Assembly (NCBI RefSeq): GCF_001194135.2
Contig: NC_068995.1
Span: 24,174,717 to 24,238,716 of the forward strand
Origin: Octopus bimaculoides
Lineage: Eukaryota
Length of the DNA stretch: 64,000 nt
Reading direction: 5' to 3'
The notes below the pieces were generated by a model. That model did no database searches, was not told the origin of the DNA, and worked only from the letters and a program-made list of their open reading frames with translations. How positions within the stretch are numbered: position 1 is the stretch's first letter; each line of letters opens with the position of its first letter. The translations under genes were made by a program, and so were the position numbers. Of this stretch, positions 50,823 through 62,782 are shown one piece after another.

Positions 50823-51235
50823 ACATGTATGTATGTATTATGTATGTATGTATGTATGTATGTATGTGTGGTGCGTGTGTATGTCCACACAGTCATAAAT
50901 GTGTAGTCATATATACCCGCATCAATTGTTACATACAAACATACATACATACAAACATTTAAACCAAATAACTAAAAAATACAACCTTAAATAATTAGTG
51001 CTCCAGCATTGCCTCAGCTTTTGGGCTTCTACACATAAAAAGATAAAAGTAACATCCACAGCTATTTGTTAAGGTTATTTCACTTTGATTTAATTATGTG
51101 TCGATCTATCTAGCTATCCGTCATTCTATCTTCCATCCACATAGATATATTGTCGGATTGGAGATATAAAAACATTAAAACCAGTGTCAAAAAAACTTGT
51201 TTATTGCCTGTCACAACACTCATTTATTCTCTCTC

Positions 51236-51288
<53 letters not shown>

Positions 51289-51432
51289 TAGCCTCTCGCT
51301 TCAATTATACCACATACCCCGGCACTTAATATGTTTATCTCTCTCTCTTTCTATTTTCTACCCTTTTCTTCAACATATCAGCACAGCGTAATAGCAATAC
51401 ATTTCCCTTCACTCTCAGCGCTAACACACACA

Positions 51433-51496
<64 letters not shown>

Positions 51497-51719
51497 CTCT
51501 GTTTTCGTTTCTCCCTTGAATTAACCACTTGAGAGTCACTTAGCTTAATAACAATTACTTTCCCCCTACCTCACGTCATTAACACTTTTCTCTCCCTTTT
51601 TCCCCTCTCCCTCTTTTTCTCTCGCTCTTCGACTCTCCTTTAGCTAATCACGTGACAGCGTAACGCATTGGGCCTTAGCGTATGAATATACAGATTCCCA
51701 AATCTATTAAGCACCATAA

Positions 51720-52250
51720 GTAATTACCTAAAACGAAAACAATAAGACAGGGACTTAGGATTGCTTCGGAATGAGTTTTTATGCCGCATCTAATCCCTTT
51801 GACAGGATCTACTAACTATAAAGGTTCGATGTGTGTAAATGAATCAAATCTGCATCAAGAGATATGGAAGAGAGCTCCTAGGAACTTATTCTTTTGTTGA
51901 AGGACAATGATCACAGAAAAAAGACACAGTTCCGCTGCAATAGAACAGCAGACGAAAGGCTTCCTGCGTATTAGGAGAAAGTCATGCATTCTCTGTTGGT
52001 AGACCGTTTCATAGTGTAGGTAACATATATGATCAGAGTAGTTACCTTAAATCAACAACCGTTACATTAGCTATCACGTTAGAGGGTATGCTATTGCAAT
52101 CCAGGAACAGTAAATAACAATATACTTGATACGCAAAAGGGAACGAGATGCATGTAAAAGACAGAAGGGAAATATGCTGCAGATTTTGTGGAATTAATAC
52201 TGGAAAAGTAAATCACAACCAAAGCAACTGTCAGGAAATCTCATTCCCTG
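51720..52250 (+). mobile_element. Older, more decayed R4/Dong-like fragment
   Basis: GYAIAIQEQ*IT..LIRKRERDACK...CRFCGINTGKVNHNQSNC parallels EGYALAIQEQEISTKYLKHKRDRDAGK...CRLCGVHTEDITHIMSSC of the 49-50 kb copy. Confidence 0.7.
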
Positions 52251-52464
52251 TCTGCCTCTGAGGTATGATGTAGGGGCAATAGCATTATGCTATAAAGCCC
52301 ATAGAAAGGATAGCCATGCGTGTAAAAATATAAGAATTTACAATGATATAGAGTGAATGCTTTTGAAAATATGAAAGAACTTTGCAATAATCTTTCATAA
52401 AAATCCCTATAAAATGTAGGAACAACAGACCAAAACATTGATTTAGGACAGACGTAAACATAAT

Positions 52465-52679
52465 ATTGATTTGAAATTTCAGCATAGGGCCTACAATTTC
52501 TGAGGAGGGGAAAGTCGATTTCATCGACCCTAGTGTTCAACTGGTACTTATTTTATCTGCCCTGAAATGATGAATGGCAAAAGTTGATCTCGGCAGAATT
52601 TGAATTCAGAATGTGAAACCGGACGAAATGCCGCTCAGCATTTTGCCCGGCTCGCTAACGATTCTGCCAGCTCACCGCC
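52465..52679 (-). mobile_element. tRNA-derived SINE (family A)
   Basis: Reverse strand GGCGGTGAGCTGGCAGAATCGTTAGCGAGCCGGGCAAAATGC...GATAAAATAAGTACCAGTTG. Confidence 0.85.
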
Positions 52680-53765
52680 TTCATTTTAAACATAGTATTA
52701 AAGAGGAGAGAAAAAGAAAAGTCTATGTCGGACTAATGAGAAATCTGCAGATACAACACCTGGACAATAGCTTCAGAATTATGTGTATGATTATCGAGAT
52801 GCATGGCTAGGTAACTGACTCAGGACCAATTTGGAGGAGTTCGGTTTCAAAACTAAAAGGAGTCTTACTAGGAACTTAAAATTCATGAATTAATTAAAGG
52901 GCGTTTCAAATACCTTAACCACTCTAAGCGTATAGTCGGCAGAATGCACATTTCACACAAACATACAAACATATGTATATGTATACATACGTCATTTAAT
53001 ACATACAAACATATGTGTATGGGTACATACGTCATTCAATACATACAGAATCACAAATGCAATTACATACATGTATACACATACATTAGAGTGTGATTAC
53101 AAACATGCATACAAGCCGGCAAATTGACTGGAAGACAGACTATCGGCGTGACGAATCACATTCTTGGTTTCCGAGATTATTCATTAGTACTGCTAGTAAC
53201 AGCCATAATGAATAATTAGTTATTCTTCAGATCACATTCGTTAAAGAAACATTTTATGTAAGTATATTCGTGTCAAAGTTAAATTCATCATACAGAAACT
53301 TGCGACGAACAACATGGCTGGACACATCAGTAAAAAAAATGAAGACAGCAAAAAAACGTAGTCTTATTAGCTATAATTATAAAAGCACAGGAAACTATAA
53401 AGCACATTTTCTTGGAGATATAAACTCAGTAATGTCATATTGCAACAAAACGTTCTTCTATCGACTGTATGAGTATAATAAACTTACATTGAGATGATTT
53501 TCATCCAAAGCTAAATTATTCCACGACTATGCAATTTCACCGGCAAGTGACATTTGTAAAAAGCGAAGTGAGGTTTGTGGAATGTTATTCGATTGTCAAA
53601 AGTAACAATTGAATTTATAATTCGAGCCTTTCATGGAACTGCGGATATCTGTAGCATTTCATAAGTTTAACGTGTAATAAGGACATATTTGTTCATGGAG
53701 GTATACAAACATACTTAACACCTATATACATGACTCAAAGTATTCCAGTGCGCACAGGAAATGAC

Positions 53766-53809
<44 letters not shown>

Positions 53810-53951
53810 NNNNNNNNNNNNNNNNNNNNNNNNNNNNNNNNNNNNNNNNNNATTCTTTAGTCATTTGCACGGTGATCGCTTTAAGCTTATAAAAAATACC
53901 ATTATTATTATTTACAGAATTGTAAATTTCGACACCACTTAACAAAACCAT

Positions 53952-53997
<46 letters not shown>

Positions 53998-54357
53998 CTC
54001 ATAGATACAAACATACACATACAAATACACGTATATTTACTTCATAACAAGTAACTCATGAAATAAATTAATATACTGTCTTATTTAACGTATTTGAAGA
54101 TCTTCCATTGTGATTCCGTTTCTTACGGAATCTCCAACTATATACAAATATATTTAGAAATATAAATAAATAAGTGAAAACTGTAAGAAAAAGATAACTA
54201 GCATCTCAATTAGAAAAGTGTTCAAAAGTTAGGGTGTTGATGAAATAAAATGTGTGTGTGTGTGTATAAAGTTTTGTATTAAAAAATAATAATCGATGGT
54301 AGTCAGTTTGTTGGTCAAGAATTTTCTCTATTTTCTGCTTAATTTAAATTCTATATA

Positions 54358-54428
<71 letters not shown>

Positions 54429-54529
54429 GTGGGGGTACTGAAGAGTATGAATGTGTATGAGTGGATTGAGAAGTTTTAAAATGGCCGGACAAACGCCAAG
54501 CACCTAGGGAGATCAGGACACCCTTCAAC

Positions 54530-55165
54530 CTCCATCATTGATGTTAAGAAATCTTACACGACAGACTTTCTTTCCATAAGTCTGTGCGAAATGGTTTCCA
54601 AGAGAGTTTACCGAGGCACATAAACGCAATCGTGTTGATATTTGTCAACGCTTACTCAACTGCTACAACGATGAAGTTGAAGCTTTTTCGAAGAGAATAT
54701 CACAAGAGATGAGACCTGGATCCATCACTTTGAGCTAGAATCCAATAAGTAGAGAAATAGAGAGGAAACACTCAGAATCGCCAGCGAAAAAGAAATTCAA
54801 AACTCTACCTTCCTCAGAAGAAGTAATGTTAACCGTTTTGGGGGCGCAAAAGGGCCTATACGGAAGCATTAGATGGAAAAGTGTCAGAAGACACCAGTGT
54901 AGACTACAGTGAAAGGCTGGCCGTAAAGCAAACCAGCAATTCGCGCCAAACGCAAAGATCTATTGTCAAATCAGGTGTCATTGTTGTATGAGAATGCATG
55001 ACAATGCACGACAATGCACGCCGACATACAGCCGCCTACTGCATTGGGGCATTGAAAAATTGGGTTTCGAGTAGCTGGAATACCCTACATAGAGTCCTTA
55101 TTTCGCTTCTTTCGACTACCACCACTTGGGACTGTTCAAACATCCTTTAGGAGGTCATGGGTTTC
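54530..55165 (+). mobile_element. Mariner transposase fragment, decayed
   Basis: LHDRLSFHKVCAKWFPREFTEAHKRNRV, TRDETWIHHFE.ES, KKKFKT.PS..EVMLTVF, HDNARRHTA and FASFDYH match mariner motifs VCAxWVP, TGDETW, HDNARPH and SPDLAPSDY. Confidence 0.85.
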
Positions 55166-55559
55166 TTCTTATTTTTTTTCTCTTTNNNNNNNNNNNNNNN
55201 NNNNNNNNNNNNNNNNNNNNNNNNNNNNNNNNNNNNNNNNNNNNNNNNNNNNNNNNNNNNNNNNNNNNNNNNNNNNNNNNNNNNNNNNNNNNNNNNNNNN
55301 NNNNNNNNNNNNNNNNNNNNNNNNNNNNNNNNNNNNNNNNNNNNNNNNNNNNNNNNNNNNNNNNNNNNNNNNNNNNNNNNNNNNNNNNNNNNNNNNNNNN
55401 NNNNNNNNNNNNNNNNNNNNNNNNNNNNNNNNNNNNNNNNNNNNNNNNNNNNNNNNNNNNNNNNNNNNNNNNNNNNNNNNNNNNNNNNNNNNNNNNACAA
55501 TACGTGTTGTTATGTGTGTAAATACTGTAAACTGTATCTGGAAAGAAATACAGACACAC

Positions 55560-55560
<1 letters not shown>

Positions 55561-55632
<72 letters not shown>
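55561..55632. repeat. (GATA)n microsatellite
   Basis: 18 consecutive GATA units, read directly. Confidence 0.95.
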
Positions 55633-55748
55633 TTACCATATGCTGTAATATGCTGGTATATCTCATAATTTAGCATGTCTTAGTTTGTCTACATTGAAAT
55701 GGTCTGAATAGCACAATTTCTGAAATTCTATATAATTAGCAGAATTTT

Positions 55749-55810
<62 letters not shown>

Positions 55811-56308
55811 ATGTGACTGATGAACGCACACACACTTACATACATACATACCTGCACACATGTATATACATATACAAATGCATATATATATATATATATG
55901 TAAATATATGTTAGTACATATATATGTACACATAGGTGTATATTAACAAATGCGCAACCTAAGAAGACTCAACCTAAGAAGCTGCACACAACTCCAAAGT
56001 TACACATACAATATATGTGCACACACACATATGTACAAATACAAACAATGCATCACAAGTAGACACATATGCACGAATATATCCTGTATGCAATACCCAC
56101 ACGCATATCAATCAGATGATTTCATGTACATATTCACACGTACATGCAAATTCACACAGATTGATAATATACATCTATACTTACCAGACAGATGCACGAA
56201 CGCAAACACGCACACATATGCACACAGAAGCCTAACCACTATCACTGCCCACACACATACACATGCACACACTTTCAAGAACCTAATACAAAAAATACAA
56301 AAATAGAG

Positions 56309-56565
56309 CATTATTTACATTCGACGGATATTTTTCCTCTTCTTGTTTGTTGTTAACACCACGTTTCGGCTGATATACCCTCCAGCCTTCATCAGGTGTC
56401 TTGGGGAAATTTTGAACCTGGGTTCTCATTTCTAAGGTATTTTTCGATGTTGTTGTTATTGTTATCATTATTATTATTGTTATCATTATTATTATTCAGG
56501 TCACTGCTTGGAATCGAACTCAGAATCTTGGGGTTAGTAGCCCGCGCTCTTAACCACTAAGCCAC
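56309..56565 (-). mobile_element. tRNA-headed SINE-like element with a Penelope-type hammerhead-containing tail
   Basis: Minus strand: TGGCTTAGTGG (A box), GGG-CTACTAA-CCC anticodon-like arm, GTTCGATTCC (B box), an (ATA/ACA)n linker, then a tail with GACAC-CTGATGA-A-GGCTG..CAGCC-GAAAC-GTG-GTGTT. Confidence 0.8.
56355..56400 (-). ncRNA. Minimal type I hammerhead ribozyme motif (cleavage triplet mutated to GUG)
   Basis: Stem I GACAC/GUGUU, core CUGAUGA, extra A, stem II GGCUG/CAGCC, GAAA, loopless palindromic stem III ACGU. G at position 17 is not cleavable in canonical hammerheads. Confidence 0.7.
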
Positions 56566-57400
56566 AGAACTGAACAAGGAATAGTATTTTAATATGGGTA
56601 TAAAATGGTGAGAACCTAAAGATTATATAGCAAAGCTTTGACTCTGGTCGCCCGTGGATGAGCATTTATACAGCTCTTTTAAATCATATTCATACAATAT
56701 TGTGTATAGTGTATGTAATATTCAGCAATTAACAGCTAATAATGATGCGTTGAAATAATTGTACTGATACGCAATAAATCCTGTTCAATCCATCTCGTCA
56801 TATTATTTTTTTTTATATAATATGTATATTTGCGGATTTCCACATGTATATCCAGTAAGAGAAGTCCTACTGTATAATAACATTTGGTAGCCGATATCCT
56901 GAGTGGAGCTTTGGAAAGCACACTATGAGTTGTTACCTAGATTATCTGTATGTGTGGGAATATGTATGTATGGACGCGAACAGTGATGGATGTTTAATTA
57001 TTTTGGCAAACTTTTGTGGGTACAGTTTGAAAGGACTGTCTCTCAATAGTTTATTAATAAGTTCCCAAGACTCGGTGGATTAGGGGATTTATCGCTTAAA
57101 ACCAACACACAAACGAACAAATACGCTCATATATACATGAATACAATATATGTAATAGTAACATTTGAACTGTGGGATATCAGAATATGTGACGACGACG
57201 TGAATTCCTAAAATGCTTTACAGAAAAAAGGGAGGTAAATTGGTTTGAACAAGTTTCTTCAGGAAAGTCACCTCTTGCTCTCCAGAATTCTCTTCTTATG
57301 ATTTACTTATTTCTTTAAAATAATAAAAAATATATAGAAAAGATTATGTCAGACAAATAAAACGACTTGAAGCTTTACTGATTATATTGTAATGAACCGT

Positions 57401-57593
57401 ACGGTGACCAAATGGCCGCATCGTTAGCACGCCTGGCAAAATGCAAAATGCTTAGCGGCATTTCACCTGTCTGCATTCAACTCCTACCGAGGCCGACTTT
57501 GCCTTTCATCTTTGCGGGGTTCGCAAAATAAGTACCAGTCAAGCACTGAGGTCATTGTATCCGGCTTAACCCCTCCCCCTGAATTACTGGTCT
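57401..57593 (+). mobile_element. tRNA-derived SINE (family A), decayed
   Basis: CGTTAGCACGCCTGGCAAAATG..AAATGCTTAGCGGCATTTC...GAGGCCGACTTTGCCTTTCATC...AAAATAAGTACCAGTCAAGCACTG. Confidence 0.75.
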
Positions 57594-58345
57594 TCAATAT
57601 TTTTATGAACCGTGATGATAATGACTGTAAATCCCGCCAAAACTGCAAGTAAGACATTTAACTTGACATTCTACATTTTATGCTATATAACCAATAACTC
57701 TTCCTTTATATTTGAAATTAAAATTATGAAAAGAAATATATATGCGTGTGTTAAATGGGAAATAATTCTAAGCAGTAAAAGGTCAAACCGATGAATGATA
57801 GCAATAAAGCCCACATACACTTTGAAAAAATATACATTAAACCATGCTTATCTTATCGAAAATGAATCCAAAATATTCTTTCCCAACTTTGCCAAATGAA
57901 ATACAAAAATACTGTACAGTTTCGCATACAAAAAATAGTTTGTTCTAAAATAAAAATATAAAATATATAGAAAAACAACAAATATTCAACACTCTATTTT
58001 ATTGATTTTTTTTACTTGTGCATTGTTATCTCTTTGAAAACAAATTGCTATAAAATAAAATAAGATAAAATTTAGCAGCTATGATAAATAGAGACAACTT
58101 CAGTGTGGGAAGGCTGTTTTATCAACAGAAATATTTGATTGCTTAAATTTGTGATATTTTCTTTAAAATATAAAGATAATATATTTATATTTTACACGAA
58201 ACCTTAAAGATATTTGAATAAGAAAGTAGGGTCACGACAAAGTTATACTTCCTTAAAAGTATTAAGAAGAAAGAAACCTCTTCAGATTGTAGCATGATTT
58301 AAGGCCAGAAATGCAAATCGACTTGAATTTCTTTCTCTTCCGTCA

Positions 58346-58385
<40 letters not shown>

Positions 58386-59890
58386 TTCTCTACAGGAACT
58401 AAACATGAATGATAAATTATGTCGATATTGTGACTGTAGTTGATTAATTTATCTTTGATTAATTATTGGTTCTCTTTAGCACCAATAAAGAGGTATTTAA
58501 ATATGGAATTGAAAAAGCCGAAACTAATTATTATATGGTATTTTCTCAGTACCTCTTTAAACCTGAATAAAGATTGCAAACCTGTACTATGCCATCTGTT
58601 TAATCTTCTTCCGTAAAGTGTAGTCAATATTAAAAAATGTCTTCTTATACCGGCACGAGCATCCAAACATTGAGGAAAAATAATGAGATGTGATGCAATA
58701 TTTCTCACAGGTAACATAATATTAGTCCCACTTATGAAAGGCTAAACTAACTTTATTATAATCAAATAATCAGCATAAGAGTGACTAAACTAATGTCCCA
58801 TCACCAAAACTTTCTTGCAACGCATTTACCTACTCCGCTGCTACTAATCTATTGACTTCTACAAAATGAGACACCTCAAACTAGCCAAAATCTGCTACAG
58901 AAGAACGAATTGAAATGTAAACAAACCACCGACTTCAACACCTTCATCGTATCGTCTTTCAACATTCAAAAAGTTCTGTATCAGATGGAACCGATTAGGA
59001 TGAGTGCACAATATATAAAGTCACACTTTCAATCTCTCTAAGCTATCATGAGATAACACAGCAGTTTTAAAGAGATTACGAAAAAAACCGCCGATATTGA
59101 AAGTTATCTACGATATTGCTGGATATTGTTTAAAAAAGATTTGATAACGTATATTAAACAATCAATACAACAGCTACCAATTTTACAGACAAATAGGTTG
59201 TAACACTAGCAATATCAAATTTAAAATATGAAATCTGAAATTTACACTCAGGATGTTGGAAATCTGTATGATAGGAAAAAGAGAGCTAATAGATGGGTTT
59301 TGAAACAAGATGGTAACTAGAAAGGTCAACTAAGATGCGTATTTAAAATATTTAAAATTTCGACAGATGTTTATTTAAAATATCTATGGAATACCAAATT
59401 GACAAACCAAATCGTTTTGTTATAGCACAGGTTAAATACTCTAGTCAACAATGAAAACATTAACTTGATAGAAAACCATGGGCATATTCCTTGCTCTAAT
59501 TACTATCGCAATCAAAATTATCATTGCGAATTTAATAAAAGAGTGATTGGTAAGTAGGCTAACAATTTATTTAATTTGTTTTACTATTTAACGTAAAACA
59601 AAATTTCCAAGGAACTTGTGCTATGTTGCTTGATTACGGAAGCGTGATTGGTTTTAATCAACACTTATGGTTGTTGAAATCACAGCATTTGACAACTATA
59701 TCTGTTTTCCTGGCAATTGAAAGACTCACAGTAATCTTTCATTTACAAATCTTCATATCAGTAAATGAAGGCTGACCAAATGCCTCTGATGTTATATAAC
59801 TCTTTCAAAATAAATATGCCAAGGAGATAATTTATGTGTGCTTATGGAGGATGGCGGCACGTGAGCAAGTGCCGAGCTCCCAAAATAAAT

Positions 59891-60025
59891 GGTACCTATG
59901 AAAAAGGGTAACCGAAGAAGACTTGGGATGAAGTGATATAAAATGATCTCAAGGTGTTAGATCTGATAAAGGAGATGGATGAATATTGTCGACTGCGATA
60001 CATGTGATACAGAAGATCCGATCTC
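59891..60025 (+). mobile_element. Decayed RTE LINE ORF2 C-terminus
   Basis: G*PKKTWDEVI..DLKVLDLIKEM resembles GRPRKTWDEVV..DL..LGL...M. Confidence 0.55.
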
Positions 60026-60427
60026 CAGCGCAAGCTTAGTACGCGCACTCCACCCTTTCCACTTGTTTTTTTGGGGGGGGGGGGAGGTTTGTGCACTTAT
60101 TTCCATCCACTTGCTATCCATTCTATATACACCTACATCCAACAATCATCTATTTTCCTAACCACTGTGCCAATTCTGTACCCTTTCATCTTCTCTACTC
60201 ATTCCTTTTGCAAAAATCCAGGAAATATTTCTTATAGTCTACAACAGAAAGAGACACTAATATAAACTATAATTTCTTTGTTGAGAATAAATACAGAAAA
60301 TATGTATAATACTGAGGAATAGTCGGAATTAATAACATCTTTGTATCTGATACTGCGGAGAAGTTTAATCAAAATAAATATTAGGTTTTGATTGCCAGGT
60401 GCTGAAAACCTACGTATCAAACTAACA

Positions 60428-60631
60428 ATACAGACTACACTGTAACAGTGTTATAACACTACAAACATTAAATCAGTAACAAACACGTAACAAACTTATA
60501 TCTCTTCTCAACGACTTCTACGATTGCGCATTCATCAATGCGTGTACCTCCGATTATCTGTAAGCACACGCTTTTATAAGGTTTAGGACAGTTCATTTGC
60601 TATCCCACAGGCGTGTCAGGATTTCACCACA
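60428..60631 (-). repeat. 3' LTR of the Gypsy element
   Basis: Follows the PPT, starts TGTGGTG on the minus strand, and shares ~105 bp (AGACTACACTGTAACAGTG...ACGACTTCTACGA) with 63338-63434. Confidence 0.75.
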
Positions 60632-61046
60632 ATATCTCCCCTTTTTGAGCTTGACTTTCCTTGGAAGTCAATTATTTTTCTTTTATTTATTATATATTTA
60701 TTACCATCTCTCCCCCTTTTCTTTTCCTTTTAACTTAATTCCCCGGGAAGAAATTGGAATATATTTTTCGTTTTGGCTCGACCTTTTACCATGTACATTA
60801 TTTTTCCTAAACGTTTATTTATTATACTTTCTTCCCAACTTTCCTTTCACAATTCTGTATATTTTAAAATGCATCTTGTCACCGATTTTGTAGCATTTTA
60901 TCTTATTTTCGGTGTTTCTCTTCATTTTGTCTTTTCTTTCGGTAATAATTTGTCAAACACTGACCTGACCTTCCTGGCAAACATTAGTTCAGCCGGCGAC
61001 ATACCTGAAGTGGTGCTGGGGTACTTTATTATTTTCTTTTCTTCAC

Positions 61047-61422
61047 AGGCGTAGAAGTGGCTGTGTGGTAAGTAGCTTGCTTACCAACCACATGGTCACG
61101 GGTTCAGTCCCACTGCGTGGCACTTTGGGCAAGTGTCTTCTACTATAGCCTCGGGCCTACTAAAGCCTTGTGAGTGAATTTGGTAGACGGAAATTGGAAG
61201 AAGCCGTCGTATACGTATATATATATGTGTGTATGTGTATGTGTTTGTGTGTCTGTTTGTCCCCCCAGCATCGCTTGACAACCGATGCTGGTGTGTTTAC
61301 GTCCCTGTAACTTAGCGGTTCGACAAAAGACCGATACAATAAGTACTAGGATTACAAAGAATAAGCTCTCGGCGGTGCTCCAGCATGTCCGCAGTCAAAT
61401 GACTGAAACAAATAAAAAAAAA
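61047..61422 (+). mobile_element. SINE family B inserted in the Gypsy RT remnant
   Basis: GTGGCTGTGTGGTAAGTAGCTTGC...GGGTTCAGTCCCACTGCGTGGCAC head, GCAGTCAAATGACTGAAACAA tail plus A-run. It splits SPIVY|VKK. Confidence 0.9.
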
Positions 61423-62623
61423 GGTTACATAAACAATTGGTGATACCTATTCTGAATAATCGATTTTTTTCTATAACTCCAAGCTTTTCAAGTCTATCCA
61501 ACAATTGATTTGATTTAACGCCACGATAGGTACAGCTCGCTTCAGTTTAAATACCGGTACAGCGTTCTCTTTCGCTTGAAATTTTACTTTTCTCTTGGTG
61601 CACCTACCTAATTCTTCAGAAGAAAAAAAGAAAAACAGGAAAAATCTTTTTTAATTTTTTTAAAATCCTCCGTTACCTTATTTGAACTGGCGTAAGAACC
61701 ATTTACATTATTACAAAAATATTTATGGTGAGGTCCCATAAATTAAATAGTTCCATCCAGTCTGTGCCAAATAGATTTGTCGTGTGTTTTAATACAAAAA
61801 CTTTGGCTTTCAAAGTTTTTCCACAAAATGTCACCACACTTATCATTTCGCCCAAAATTCGCAATTATTGTGATGTCACTACCTGTGTCCAACTGTAGTC
61901 TCGTATTCACATTATTTATTTTTATGGAAACAAATTTTCTTTTTTGAGCCTCGCTTTGCATTTGTGTTGACAATACTTTTTTCCTCGAATTTTTTTCGTT
62001 CAACCTTTTTTGTTTCACCCAACAATGTGAATTCTTATGTCCGGATTTTCAACCTGCAAAACATTTTAGCCTTTTAAAAGGAAATTTTCTTTTAAAATGT
62101 ATTTCTCTACACCCATAGTATGGTTTCGGTCTTGACTGTTGTTTTTCTTTTTTCTTATCTCTTATAGGTCGATATCTATGAATATTTGAATAATCTTCTT
62201 CAATTTTTTCTGCGTCCTGTCGTAAATTTATAATCCTTCGGCATTCTTCGGCCACTACCTATAGAGTTAGTTTCGAATTTTGTCCTAGTTTTGTCAATAT
62301 CCGAGCCCGTATCTCTGCATCTTTGTTTGCAATTAATCCTTGTTGACATTTGAACATGTCCGGGGTTAATTTGTTCAGTTTAAATTTTTCGCATTCTCTG
62401 TTTACGATTCTAGCATGCGAAATCTTCAGTTTCTTTTATCTTATTTTTCTATTTCTTTTCTTTCTTTTTTTTTGCAACTTCAAGCACTCCCAGCGAATGT
62501 TAAATAATGAACTTCTTTCACTGAATATTTTAGATAACAGGTTAATTGTTCATTATTTACATTGTTTACATTGTTTACATTATTTACATTTGACAGATAT
62601 TTGTCCTCATCTTGTTTGTTGTT

Positions 62624-62669
62624 AACACAACGTTTCGGCTGATATATCCTCCAGCTTTCATCAGGTGTC
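62624..62669 (-). ncRNA. Minimal hammerhead ribozyme motif, left arm
   Basis: Exact reverse complement of 62737-62782. Confidence 0.7.
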
Positions 62670-62736
62670 TTGGGGAAATTTCGAACCTGGCTTCTCATTC
62701 CGAAGGTATGAGAAGCCAGGTTCGAAATTTCCCCAA

Positions 62737-62782
62737 GACACCTGATGAAAGCTGGAGGATATATCAGCCGAAACGTTGTGTT
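62737..62782 (+). ncRNA. Minimal hammerhead ribozyme motif, right arm
   Basis: GACAC (62737-41), CUGAUGA (62742-48), AA, GCUG/CAGC stem II, GAAA (62770-73), C-G-U-U17 (62774-77), GUGUU (62778-82). Confidence 0.72.

Noticed and set aside
56497-56565. True tRNA gene
   Set aside because: Acceptor and T stems do not pair properly, and it is fused to a repeat body, so it is treated as a SINE head.
58880-59320. RT remnant (FKK.FDNV resembling FxKAFDSV)
   Set aside because: Single weak motif in AT-rich sequence.
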